Source: an uncultured Bacteriovoracaceae bacterium (GTDB lineage Bacteria; Bdellovibrionota; Bacteriovoracia; Bacteriovoracales; Bacteriovoracaceae). From it: 17,917 nucleotides of DNA. The notes under the pieces are model-generated. The model did not search any database. It was not told the origin of the DNA and saw only the letters and a program-made list of their open reading frames with translations. The position numbers and the translations under genes were made by a program. Where the stretch lies: positions 1-17,917 of the forward strand of contig CAXGUD010000065.1 in NCBI GenBank assembly GCA_964012805.1. The letters are read 5' to 3'. Of this stretch, positions 1 through 7,822 are shown piece by piece (position 1 is the first letter of the stretch; each line of letters opens with the position of its first letter).

Positions 1-195
1 AATATAAATTGAGTCACTAGAATAAATAGAGATGTCTTTTCCATAATCTAAATATGAAGATCCTATTTGTTGAGTTGTTGTGCAGGAATTAATATTGTTT
101 CCATTACCATCCCAGCAATATGACCAATTATGTGGACTTTCCTGACCGCAAGAAATTAAAGTGAAAAAAATTAAGCTTATGGAAAATCGAATCAT
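1..195 (-). CDS. SBBP-repeat-containing lipoprotein, N-terminal part (runs off the left edge)
   Basis: Not in the ORF track; translated by hand. ATG at 195 with GGAGA SD (201-205), open to base 1: MIRFSISLIFFTLISC-GQESPHNWSYCWDGNGNNINSCTTTQQIGSSYLDYGKDISIYSSDSIYI. Lipobox LISC; the last ~25 aa match the blade pattern (xQQIG..D.G..I.I...D.IYI) of the neighbouring SBBP protein. Confidence 0.8.
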   Translation of the reverse strand, partial: MIRFSISLIFFTLISCGQESPHNWSYCWDGNGNNINSCTTTQQIGSSYLDYGKDISIYSSDSIYI

Positions 196-227
196 ATTTC
201 TCTCCAAAAAATAAAGTCCATAAAAAC

Positions 228-1412
228 TTATAATTTTTCTCCTGATGAATTAAACTTTACAAAGAATATATCAGCTTTTCCTTTATTTTGGTTCCCATCA
301 AGGCCCCCAAAAGTAAAGCCTGTAACAGAAATATTATCTGAAGAATCAATTGCTAATCCATTCCCATAATCATCAAATGGTGTTCCAAATTGTCTAACCC
401 AAACTTTTTTTCCAAAGGAATCAAGCTTTACTAAGAAAACATCTTTCTCACCTTTATTTTGTAGTTGTGGGAAAGATCCATGTGTATGTCCTGTTACGTA
501 AATATTATTTTTTGAATCGAGAGAAATAGATGTTCCAAAATCTTCTTCAAGTGTTCCTATAGTCTTTGTCCATATTTTTTTACCTGATGGAGTTAATTTC
601 ATGATTAGAATATTTGATTTCAAACTAGGAAGGAGCGCCGAGGATGATCCTTTCGAAGAAAGAATTTTGGTAAGTCCAAGAAGATAGATATTTCCTTCGT
701 TGTCAATAGCCATTGATTTACCAATAGTCCTATTGGAATTTAAAAAACGCTGTCTCCACTTTACTTTCCCATTAGATTCTAATTTATAGAAAAGGATATT
801 CTTTTCTTTATTAAATTTATCTAGTTCAGTTCCTAATATATAAAAATTTCCTCTCTGATCACTTTCAATTGAATTTCCAACAGCTTTTGCGCGAAGTTGT
901 TTTGTCCAAATTTTTCTTCCCTTTTGGTTATATTTAGCTATAAGAATATTTTTTTCTTTCAAACGTTTGGCTCTAGAAGGTGTTTTAGTTGTTCCAACTA
1001 CGTAAATGTCTCCTCTAAAATCGACATCTATATCATAACCATAATCTGTAGACGGTTTCCATAGCTGTTGTGTCCATTCCCATTTGCCATTTGATTTATA
1101 TTTAACTAAGAATATATCAGTATTTCCTGGTTGGGGTCTTCCATCTACTCCACCATCTGTAGATCCAACAATATAAATATTGTTTTTGTAATCGATTGAA
1201 AGAGCATTTCCGATATCTGTTGAGGAGGTACCAAGTAATTGAGACCATAATGCCTCTCCATTCTTGCTATACTTCATCAGAAAAAGGTCTTCATCACCAG
1301 AGTTTTTTAAATTATTTAAATTCCCCTCAGTATAACCTGTTATATAAATATCATCATATTCATCAATTGCGATCCCACCGGCTTGATCATTTGCAAAAGA
1401 ACCTATTTGCTT
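228..1412 (-). repeat. Seven SBBP-type beta-propeller blade repeats within the CDS
   Basis: Blades start at KQIGS, SQLLGT, TQQLWK, TKQLRA, RQRFLN, TKTIGT and VRQFGT. Each has an I(Y/S)xxG-like core and ends KxxxxG..(W). Confidence 0.85.
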
Positions 1413-2084
1413 TGTCATAATTTTTTTATCAGATTTAAATATATTTAAATTAATAGAAGAAGAATTAAAGCTGAATGTTATTGGGAAACTTATTGAAAAT
1501 GAAAACTCTTGATCTTTAATCTTTGAGTTAATTGAAGAAGGAAGCCTTTGTGAGCCAATACTAGAATAAGTTAAAGCCCTATAATCAAAGTTAAATTTTA
1601 AATAGTTAAAAAATTCTTTACCAAGTGTTACACCAAAGCCTTTTCCCTTTAATACATTATTTAAGTCACCAATTCCTGCATTTGAATCTTCCGTTAATGT
1701 CTTTTCAGGGTTAAAATAATAAGATCCTTTTAAGAAAATCTTTTTCCAACCAAAAGAAATAAAAGATCCAAAATTAGATTTATCCCACTTGTCTTCTAAA
1801 CTATACCTAATGTTTGTTTCCTTACCTTGGTAATATTCGATACCTCCATTTACAAAAAAAGGGCGAGATTTAAAAATGCTAAAGCCTAAGCGTGCTCCAT
1901 AGGTATAGTCTCTTATTTTTGAATAATAATTTGTTTTCCCATTTTGATATTTGTAGGTAAAGTTGGACAATCCCAAAAATTGGCCACCAATAAAAGGATC
2001 TAAAGATAAGTCCCAAGCCCACAAAGTGGTGGTGGAAATACAACTAAAAAATATAAGAAGTTTTCTAGGTTTTACTTTTTTCAA
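228..2084 (-). CDS. Secreted protein: N-terminal outer-membrane beta-barrel-like domain fused to a C-terminal seven-bladed SBBP beta-propeller
   Basis: 618 aa, TTG start, signal peptide ending ~TLWA. Residues ~24-205 show amphipathic aromatic strands (TYGARLGFS, NGGIEYYQG, GFGVTLG, FNFDYRALTY, FSFSISFPITF). Seven ~55-aa repeats follow (KQIG..D.G.GIAID..DNIYVTG.T.G......G..DIFLVKY.SNG..LW). Confidence 0.8.
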   Translation of the reverse strand: MKKVKPRKLLIFFSCISTTTLWAWDLSLDPFIGGQFLGLSNFTYKYQNGKTNYYSKIRDYTYGARLGFSIFKSRPFFVNGGIEYYQGKETNIRYSLEDKWDKSNFGSFISFGWKKIFLKGSYYFNPEKTLTEDSNAGIGDLNNVLKGKGFGVTLGKEFFNYLKFNFDYRALTYSSIGSQRLPSSINSKIKDQEFSFSISFPITFSFNSSSINLNIFKSDKKIMTKQIGSFANDQAGGIAIDEYDDIYITGYTEGNLNNLKNSGDEDLFLMKYSKNGEALWSQLLGTSSTDIGNALSIDYKNNIYIVGSTDGGVDGRPQPGNTDIFLVKYKSNGKWEWTQQLWKPSTDYGYDIDVDFRGDIYVVGTTKTPSRAKRLKEKNILIAKYNQKGRKIWTKQLRAKAVGNSIESDQRGNFYILGTELDKFNKEKNILFYKLESNGKVKWRQRFLNSNRTIGKSMAIDNEGNIYLLGLTKILSSKGSSSALLPSLKSNILIMKLTPSGKKIWTKTIGTLEEDFGTSISLDSKNNIYVTGHTHGSFPQLQNKGEKDVFLVKLDSFGKKVWVRQFGTPFDDYGNGLAIDSSDNISVTGFTFGGLDGNQNKGKADIFFVKFNSSGEKL

Positions 2085-2393
2085 AATTATCTTAAATACA
2101 ATGGTTTTAAATTATTAATATTTAATTTTCCCACCCAAATTTAATTGGTCAAGAAAGTCGTATAACTGTAAAAAAATGCCTCTTTTTTGGTAAGACAAAG
2201 GATTTTCCAATCTAATTATTAAGAAAATATAGTGGGACTCTCTTTTCTTTTTGAATTGAGAAAGCAAGAGTTTTTTACGAGGGTAATAGTCCTACTTAAA
2301 TATAATCATTTCTAGGGTTAAACAAATAAACACTAAGGTTATTGTATTAAAGTGTCGATAGAATTTTAGTTTGGTTTTTTAAGGAGATGGTTA

Positions 2394-2858
2394 ATGAAAA
2401 AGTGCGTTTATGTCGGTTTATTTTGTTCTCTTATCTTATTCGGTTGTGCAACCAATTCTTTCAAGCCCGTTACAACTGAAGTTGTAAAAAAAGCACCAAG
2501 ACTTTCGAAAAGCCAAATCTATGATAAGGCAATGAAATGGTTCTCAACCGAATTTGTGAATAATGAGAAAAAAATTGAAAGAGCAGATAAAAAAGAAGGT
2601 ACGATTATAGCTAGTGGGAGTGCTATTTTAAGCGGAGAAATAATAAAAAAAATGATGGAATTTCAAATAAGAGTAGATATAAAAAGAGGTCGCTATAAAG
2701 TTTCTACAACGATTAAAAAGTATAAAGATGAAATTTCTAAAGGAATTTTTAGAGTTCCAACTGCTACCAAAGACCGTATCTCCTCGGGGAAAAAGTATAC
2801 AATAAATATGTCTAAGTCCCTTCACAAGTTTATCCTGAAAAAAGATAAAAAATGGTGA
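2394..2858 (+). CDS. Lipoprotein, DUF4468-like (TBP-like fold)
   Basis: AAGGAG SD at 2381-2386; lipobox LFGC; segment SKSQIYDKAMKWFSTEF..NEKKIERADKKEGTIIASG and FQIRVDIKRGRYKV fit the DUF4468 pattern. Confidence 0.7.
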   Translation: MKKCVYVGLFCSLILFGCATNSFKPVTTEVVKKAPRLSKSQIYDKAMKWFSTEFVNNEKKIERADKKEGTIIASGSAILSGEIIKKMMEFQIRVDIKRGRYKVSTTIKKYKDEISKGIFRVPTATKDRISSGKKYTINMSKSLHKFILKKDKKW

Positions 2859-3081
2859 TGCTAAAAATACTTTAATCCTAGGAATCTAAATTTCAATACT
2901 TAGACTTTCTCTTTGATTGAATCACTTGTTTTTTACACTATGCGTCTTTATCCGGGTAAACTGGCTGTCGATGCTATTACTTAATTATTCTGCTGTAAAA
3001 ACTACTAAATATTCTCTTTCTTTGCTGGCAATAAAAAATATAAGTGGTAGGTTTCCCTAAATTTATAATAGGAGAGACTGT

Positions 3082-4272
3082 ATGAATTCAAAAAAAGTAA
3101 CTGAATTCCACGAAATTATCGATAACAATCAACTACTAGAATATATAAGAAATCAGGAGTTTGGGAGACCAACTTCAATTCAAGCAAAAGCTATTCCCGC
3201 TTTAATGAAGGACGGGCATTTTCAAGTACAGGGTAAAACGGGTAGTGGTAAGACATTGGCCTATCTTTTACCTCTAGTGGCCAAATTAAAAACATTAGAA
3301 GCCGAAAATCATGCTGAAAATGAAGGAGAGCCTAAGGCCGTTATTTTACTTCCTACTAGAGAGCTTGCTATGCAGGTTTTCTCAATTGCTAAAGATTTAT
3401 CTCATTTTGCTAAGTTACGTATAAGAAAGGTTGTAGGTGGGGATAAAGGTAGGGTACTATCAAACGTCTTTAAATCAAAAATTGATATCCTAATAACAAC
3501 TCCTGATAGGTGTTTGAGAACATTTAATAATAATGAGTTGAGTGCTGCCAATTTAAGATACTTTATCTTTGATGAAGCTGATCAACTCCTTGAACCTTCA
3601 TTTAAGACTACAGTGGGAGAAATAGCTAAAAAGTTAGTAAAGTCTCATATGAAGATTTGTCTTGTAAGTGCATCGAAGCCATTAGATTTTGATGAAATAG
3701 TTGCTGATTTTTTTCCTGGGAAAAGCTTTACGACAATTGGTAAGGGTGAAGAGAATGTTTTGAATCACAAAGTAGATACATATAACCTGTCAGTTGAAGA
3801 AGATGATAAGTTTTTATTTGTAAATGAGTTCATTAAAAAGCAGGGTAGGCGGAATGGCCTCATTTTCATGGGGAACAAGGCCCGCTCTAAAAGGCTTTTT
3901 GAACAAGTGAAGCAAGCTTTTGGACGTAAGAAAGTATTTCTTCTTCATAAGGATCTTGAAGCTAAAGAAAGGACTACTGTTGTAAGTGATTTTAGAAAAA
4001 GTGGCGGGATACTTGTAGCAACTGATATTTTTTCCAGAGGAATTGATATTCCTCATCTGCAGTGGGTGTTAAACTTTGACCTGCCATCGGAGGCTGATTA
4101 TTACTTGCACCGCTCTGGTCGGGTGGGAAGAGCAGGTAGACCAGGGGATGTTTTTAACTTTATCACCTCAAGAGACTCTAAGAGGCAAAAAAATATCAAT
4201 GCTATCCTAGGAAATCAGGGGCGGTCTGACCTTCAAATTTTAGGTAAAATGACGAAATTGAGAAGACGCTAG
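3082..4272 (+). CDS. DEAD-box RNA helicase (minimal core)
   Basis: GGAG SD at 3071-3074; Q motif FGRPTSIQ, motif I GKTGSGKT, Ia LPTRELAMQ, GG, II DEAD, V ATDIFSRGIDIP, VI YLHRSGRVGRAG. Confidence 0.95.
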   Translation: MNSKKVTEFHEIIDNNQLLEYIRNQEFGRPTSIQAKAIPALMKDGHFQVQGKTGSGKTLAYLLPLVAKLKTLEAENHAENEGEPKAVILLPTRELAMQVFSIAKDLSHFAKLRIRKVVGGDKGRVLSNVFKSKIDILITTPDRCLRTFNNNELSAANLRYFIFDEADQLLEPSFKTTVGEIAKKLVKSHMKICLVSASKPLDFDEIVADFFPGKSFTTIGKGEENVLNHKVDTYNLSVEEDDKFLFVNEFIKKQGRRNGLIFMGNKARSKRLFEQVKQAFGRKKVFLLHKDLEAKERTTVVSDFRKSGGILVATDIFSRGIDIPHLQWVLNFDLPSEADYYLHRSGRVGRAGRPGDVFNFITSRDSKRQKNINAILGNQGRSDLQILGKMTKLRRR

Positions 4273-4282
4273 ATAAAAGTTG

Positions 4283-4816
4283 TTAATACTTTTTGACTTC
4301 AATACCAATTCTTTCGTTGTCATCGCTAAGATACATATGTTGTTCTTCAATAATGCAGCTTAGTTTCATGGACTTCGTGACGAATTTATCAATGGGACCG
4401 TTTTCATTTACGTTTAAGTGGTAAACTTCTAGCTTTTTATTTTTTTGAAAGTCTGATTTATTTTTTTGAAACCACTCTTCTACTTTACCTTGGTGGTAGG
4501 TAAATATTTTTACCGACTGAGATTTTCCACTGGCCTGGCGGACTCTTTTTATATCCGGAAACCCCAAATCTATCCATTGAATGATTTCTCCAGAGTAACC
4601 TTTTTGCCAGAGTTCGGGCTCTCCTGTTTCACTAAGGCCTTTGGTAAATTTCAAGTCTTCATGGGCACAATATAAAAAGGCCAGGAGCCGATACATCATA
4701 CGTGCTTCATTCTCTGAAGGGTGTTTTGCGATGGTTAGGTTGAAGTTTTCATAATAATGGGTATTAAAATTAGATAGATTGATGTCTATTTTATAAATAC
4801 TAGAGTCGAGTGCCAT
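4283..4816 (-). CDS. yaeQ: YaeQ family protein
   Basis: Family motifs MAL..IYK..I.LS, LTIAKHPSENEARMMYRLLAF, LKFTKGLS..EPELW, WIDLG.PD.KR.RQA; 177 aa is typical. Confidence 0.9.
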   Translation of the reverse strand: MALDSSIYKIDINLSNFNTHYYENFNLTIAKHPSENEARMMYRLLAFLYCAHEDLKFTKGLSETGEPELWQKGYSGEIIQWIDLGFPDIKRVRQASGKSQSVKIFTYHQGKVEEWFQKNKSDFQKNKKLEVYHLNVNENGPIDKFVTKSMKLSCIIEEQHMYLSDDNERIGIEVKKY

Positions 4817-4980
4817 GGTATAAATCTAGCCCGTTTTGGATATTTTATTACTTTTTGTAAGTAAATGAACCTTCTTATTAGCAGAGACTGCTACATAAGT
4901 TCAACAACTTAGATAAATTATGCATAAAATTTATTATTATGATGCTATATGTTCACAATAATGCTAGATACCTACCTATT

Positions 4981-5892
4981 ATGAAAAAGTCTTTAAAAGC
5001 TCTCATTGGTCCAATGTCGAGAACTGAGTTTCTTGCAAATTATCTAAAAAATGCTCCAGTTGTTGCACATGGGTTGCTCGACAATTTTTTAGAGCTAAGA
5101 CAGCTTCCTTTTTTAAAGTCACTAGAGGATCTTCTAAACTCTTGGCCAGATCTAGTGACGGCTTACAATAGTGATGGGGTCGCTGATGAGGCCAACTCTA
5201 AAAAAGTATCAACTTTTGAAGCAAGAAAGCTTTTTGAAGAGGGGAGTGGGCTTTGCTTTGATGATGCCAATCGATTTTCTCCTTGTCTTGAGGAGTGGCC
5301 AGAAAACATAAGAGCAGATCTTGGTTTATCTGCCCTTACTTTTAGTCGGAGCCTAATTTACGCCACTAAGGAAGGGAAAGGAACGGCTCCTCATTTTGAT
5401 CAAAATATTAATTTTGTTATACAGATTTCTGGTACAAAAAAGTGGTGGATTGCCCCAAATAAACATGTAAAGAACCCATTAACAAGGCATACAATAGGCA
5501 TTGAAATGGATCCAGAACTCTCAACCTATGCAAAAGACAATATGCCCGAATTATTTCCTGATGAAGGGACTGAATATATACTAAAACCGGGGTCTGTATT
5601 ATTTGTTCCTCGCGGATCTTGGCATATGACGGAAGCGGAATCAGATGCTTTATCTCTAAACTTTACTTTTACAGCACCTTGCTGGATGGATATTTTATTA
5701 ACGGCACTCCGTGGTCGTTTAGCACAATCTAGTGAATGGAGAGAAACAGCAAACTTTGTAACGGATAGTGATCTTCATAATCATGCAAATGAAAAATTCG
5801 GTTTTTTGCTTAAAGAGCTTGGTCATGATGTTCCAAATTGGAATGCAAGAGATATTTTAGATGCAACGGAGATGGGAGAGCGTCCTTCCTGA
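4981..5892 (+). CDS. JmjC / cupin-4 (RoxA/YcfD-like) Fe(II)/2-oxoglutarate oxygenase
   Basis: HxD...H triad (APHFD ... PRGSWH), NFVIQISGTKKWWI, LKPGSVLFVPRG, SLNFTF. Start chosen at ATG 4981 (MKKSLKALIGPMSRTEFL resembles the family N-terminus); ATG 4939/4942 are also possible. Confidence 0.85.
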   Translation: MKKSLKALIGPMSRTEFLANYLKNAPVVAHGLLDNFLELRQLPFLKSLEDLLNSWPDLVTAYNSDGVADEANSKKVSTFEARKLFEEGSGLCFDDANRFSPCLEEWPENIRADLGLSALTFSRSLIYATKEGKGTAPHFDQNINFVIQISGTKKWWIAPNKHVKNPLTRHTIGIEMDPELSTYAKDNMPELFPDEGTEYILKPGSVLFVPRGSWHMTEAESDALSLNFTFTAPCWMDILLTALRGRLAQSSEWRETANFVTDSDLHNHANEKFGFLLKELGHDVPNWNARDILDATEMGERPS

Positions 5893-5907
5893 TTGGCCAT
5901 GTCCGTT

Positions 5908-6763
5908 TTATCTAAAGAGAGGTAGGGTAATTTCGAACGTCGTTCCAACATCAACTTTACTCATGACTTTTATTTGACCTCCAATTTTTTCTATTTCGTT
6001 TTTAACAGCATTCATACCAACTCCTCTTCCGGAAATTTCTGTGGTCTCTTTTTTTGATGAAAAGCCAGGTTCGAATATAAGGTTTATAATCTTTTTACCA
6101 GGCATAGTATCTAAATTCATACTTTTGAATTCTTTTTTTTCTTTGGCAATAGATCTAATCATCGTGGGATCTATACCTTTACCATCATCTTTAATTAAAA
6201 TTTTAAAATTGTTATCATCTTTAAATAATTCAGCTGATATTATTAGATTAGCAATTTCATTTTTATTATTATCAATTCTTTCTTCTCTGCTTTCAATTCC
6301 ATGATCTATTGAGTTCCTGAAAATATTAAGGAATGAGGCGAGGGCTTTTTTTATGACTAGGCCTTGATTTAAATAAAAAGTTGAAGCGGCATGAGCAGTA
6401 TCTGAACAATAAATTGAAAGATCTTCTCCAATTTGGAGACCCTTAATTTTTAAGACGTATGTTGCGTAACCTGTTTTATTAACTTTTTTTGCTTTAAAAA
6501 ATTTACTTCATTAACCCAGGAAACTGGAGCTTTGACGACTTTTCCTCCAATAGGTAATATTCAATCTTTTAATGAATTTGGATCAATGAACTTTTTCCAA
6601 TAGAACTTCCATTCACCTCGAAGATCTATGGGACCATATTTTTCAAAGTTCCAGCTAGATAAATCTAAAACTCCATTCACTGCTTTAGGTGAAACCCTTC
6701 CGGAACCCCTCTGACCACAAGATGGTATAAAATTATTAATATTAAAATAATTAATGTTTTCAT
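5908..6763 (-). pseudogene. Disrupted sensor kinase: 7TM-DISM-type extracellular domain joined to a CheA-like HATPase_c domain
   Basis: Three-frame reconstruction: MKTLIILILII(F) /fs 6729-6732/ IPSCGQRGSGRVSPKAVNGVLDLSSWNFEKYGPIDLRGEWKFYWKKFIDPNSLKD*(TGA 6563-6561)ILPIGGKVVKAPVSWVNEVNFLKQK /fs 6484-6490/ VNKTGYATYVLKIKGLQIGEDLSIY...STFYLNQGLVIKKALASFLNIFRNSIDHGIESREER...IKDDGKGID...IFEPGFSSKKETTEISGRGVGMNAVK...GTTFEITLP. The N, G1, F and G2 boxes are CheA-type; the TM/Hpt middle is absent. Confidence 0.85.
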
Positions 6764-7050
6764 AAAATAAGCTGAATAAAATAGGTTTAAATTCTTATTT
6801 AATTTATCGAGGAATATCTTTTTAAATATAAGTCTTGGCCTTAAATCTTTTTAAATTAAATAATTTTTATAATTTTTTTTTATTTAATTACATACAAAAA
6901 AAAGTATTGAAACTTTTATTTGAAAATATTTTTCGAAATAAGTAGAAAAGCAGTTAAAGTTAAAAAAAGAGGAATAACTAAAAATTATATTACAAAACGT
7001 ACACTTAAAAAAAACTATAGACAGATAAAATTCTACCTCAAAGGAAATCC

Positions 7051-7806
7051 ATGAAAAAAAACATTATATTATTTTTTCTTATGCTAGTTGTTTCACAATT
7101 AGTCCACTCTAAAGAAAAAATAACACTTCTTGTTGGTGAATGGCCTCCCTTTATAACCGAAGAACTTGAAGGATATGGCGTCGGAGGTAAATTAGTTAAA
7201 AGAGCTTTTGAAAAAAAAGATATTAAAGTCAAATTCCAATTTACAAGTTGGGAAAATGCTTTTAACTGGACTAAGAAGGGTAAAAAAGGAGATGGTACTT
7301 TTTTTTGGTCTAAGACTAAAGAAAGAGAAGAAGATTTTCTTTTTAGTATTCCAGCAATGATTGAACGTAATGTTTTTTTTCACTTAAAAGGAAAAAAAAT
7401 TCGATGGAAAAAATTAAAAGATCTAAGATTTAAAAAAATAGGAATTGTGGAGGGGTTTAGCTATGGAGCCGATCTTGATCTGGCCATAAGTGAGGGCAAA
7501 TTTAAAAAAATTATCTTTACAAAAACGACTCTTCAAAACTTTGATAACCTATTAAAAAGAAAAATTGATCTATTTCCCCATGAGAAATCTGTTGGTTATT
7601 ATGAACTTAAAGAAAACTACCCTAAATATAAATATAGAAAAGTCATACATAACGAGAAAGATATAGGAAAAGATTATACTTACTTGCTTATGTCTAAAAA
7701 GAAAGAGAAGAAAGCAAAAAGACTTCTAAATATATTTAATCAATCATTAGCCGAAATGATGATTGATGGTGAATATAAAAATATTTTTTCAGACAAAGAA
7801 AAATAA
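7051..7806 (+). CDS. Periplasmic substrate-binding protein, family 3 (SBP_bac_3-like), orphan
   Basis: AAGGA SD; signal peptide ending ~VHS; GEWPPF, WENAF, SKTKEREEDFLFS, IGIVEGFSYG, LLKRKIDLFP, FNQSLAEM..DGEY..I. No adjacent permease. Confidence 0.85.
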   Translation: MKKNIILFFLMLVVSQLVHSKEKITLLVGEWPPFITEELEGYGVGGKLVKRAFEKKDIKVKFQFTSWENAFNWTKKGKKGDGTFFWSKTKEREEDFLFSIPAMIERNVFFHLKGKKIRWKKLKDLRFKKIGIVEGFSYGADLDLAISEGKFKKIIFTKTTLQNFDNLLKRKIDLFPHEKSVGYYELKENYPKYKYRKVIHNEKDIGKDYTYLLMSKKKEKKAKRLLNIFNQSLAEMMIDGEYKNIFSDKEK

Positions 7807-7822
7807 AAAAACTAATTTGAAA

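Noticed and set aside
1196..1420. 74-aa plus-strand ORF
   Set aside because: Antisense shadow of the SBBP gene with no motifs.
2236..2272. Imperfect inverted repeat ACTCTCTTTTCT...AGAAAGCAAGAGT
   Set aside because: Low-complexity purine/pyrimidine tracts with bulges, likely chance in AT-rich DNA.
2628..4675. Short ORFs 2628-2825(-), 3814-4056(-) and 4466-4675(+)
   Set aside because: Each lies antisense inside a well-supported gene and has no recognisable features.
4817..5907. RiPP cluster around the JmjC enzyme
   Set aside because: No plausible precursor ORF, peptidase, dedicated exporter or other maturase is adjacent.
5908..6162. 84-aa ORF as a stand-alone CheA-like protein
   Set aside because: Its Met is internal to the HATPase domain, after the N and G1 boxes. 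The frame stays open upstream to 6507 with no start codon and belongs to the 5908-6763 relic.
6561..6563. In-frame TGA as recoding (Trp, Gly or selenocysteine)
   Set aside because: TGA ends normal genes here (2856-2858, 5890-5892), Trp is encoded by TGG, and the same gene has two frameshifts.
6041..7383. Short ORFs 6041-6304(+), 7038-7232(-) and 7192-7383(-)
   Set aside because: Antisense shadows of the kinase relic and the SBP gene; their hydrophobicity mirrors K/E/N-rich codons on the coding strand.
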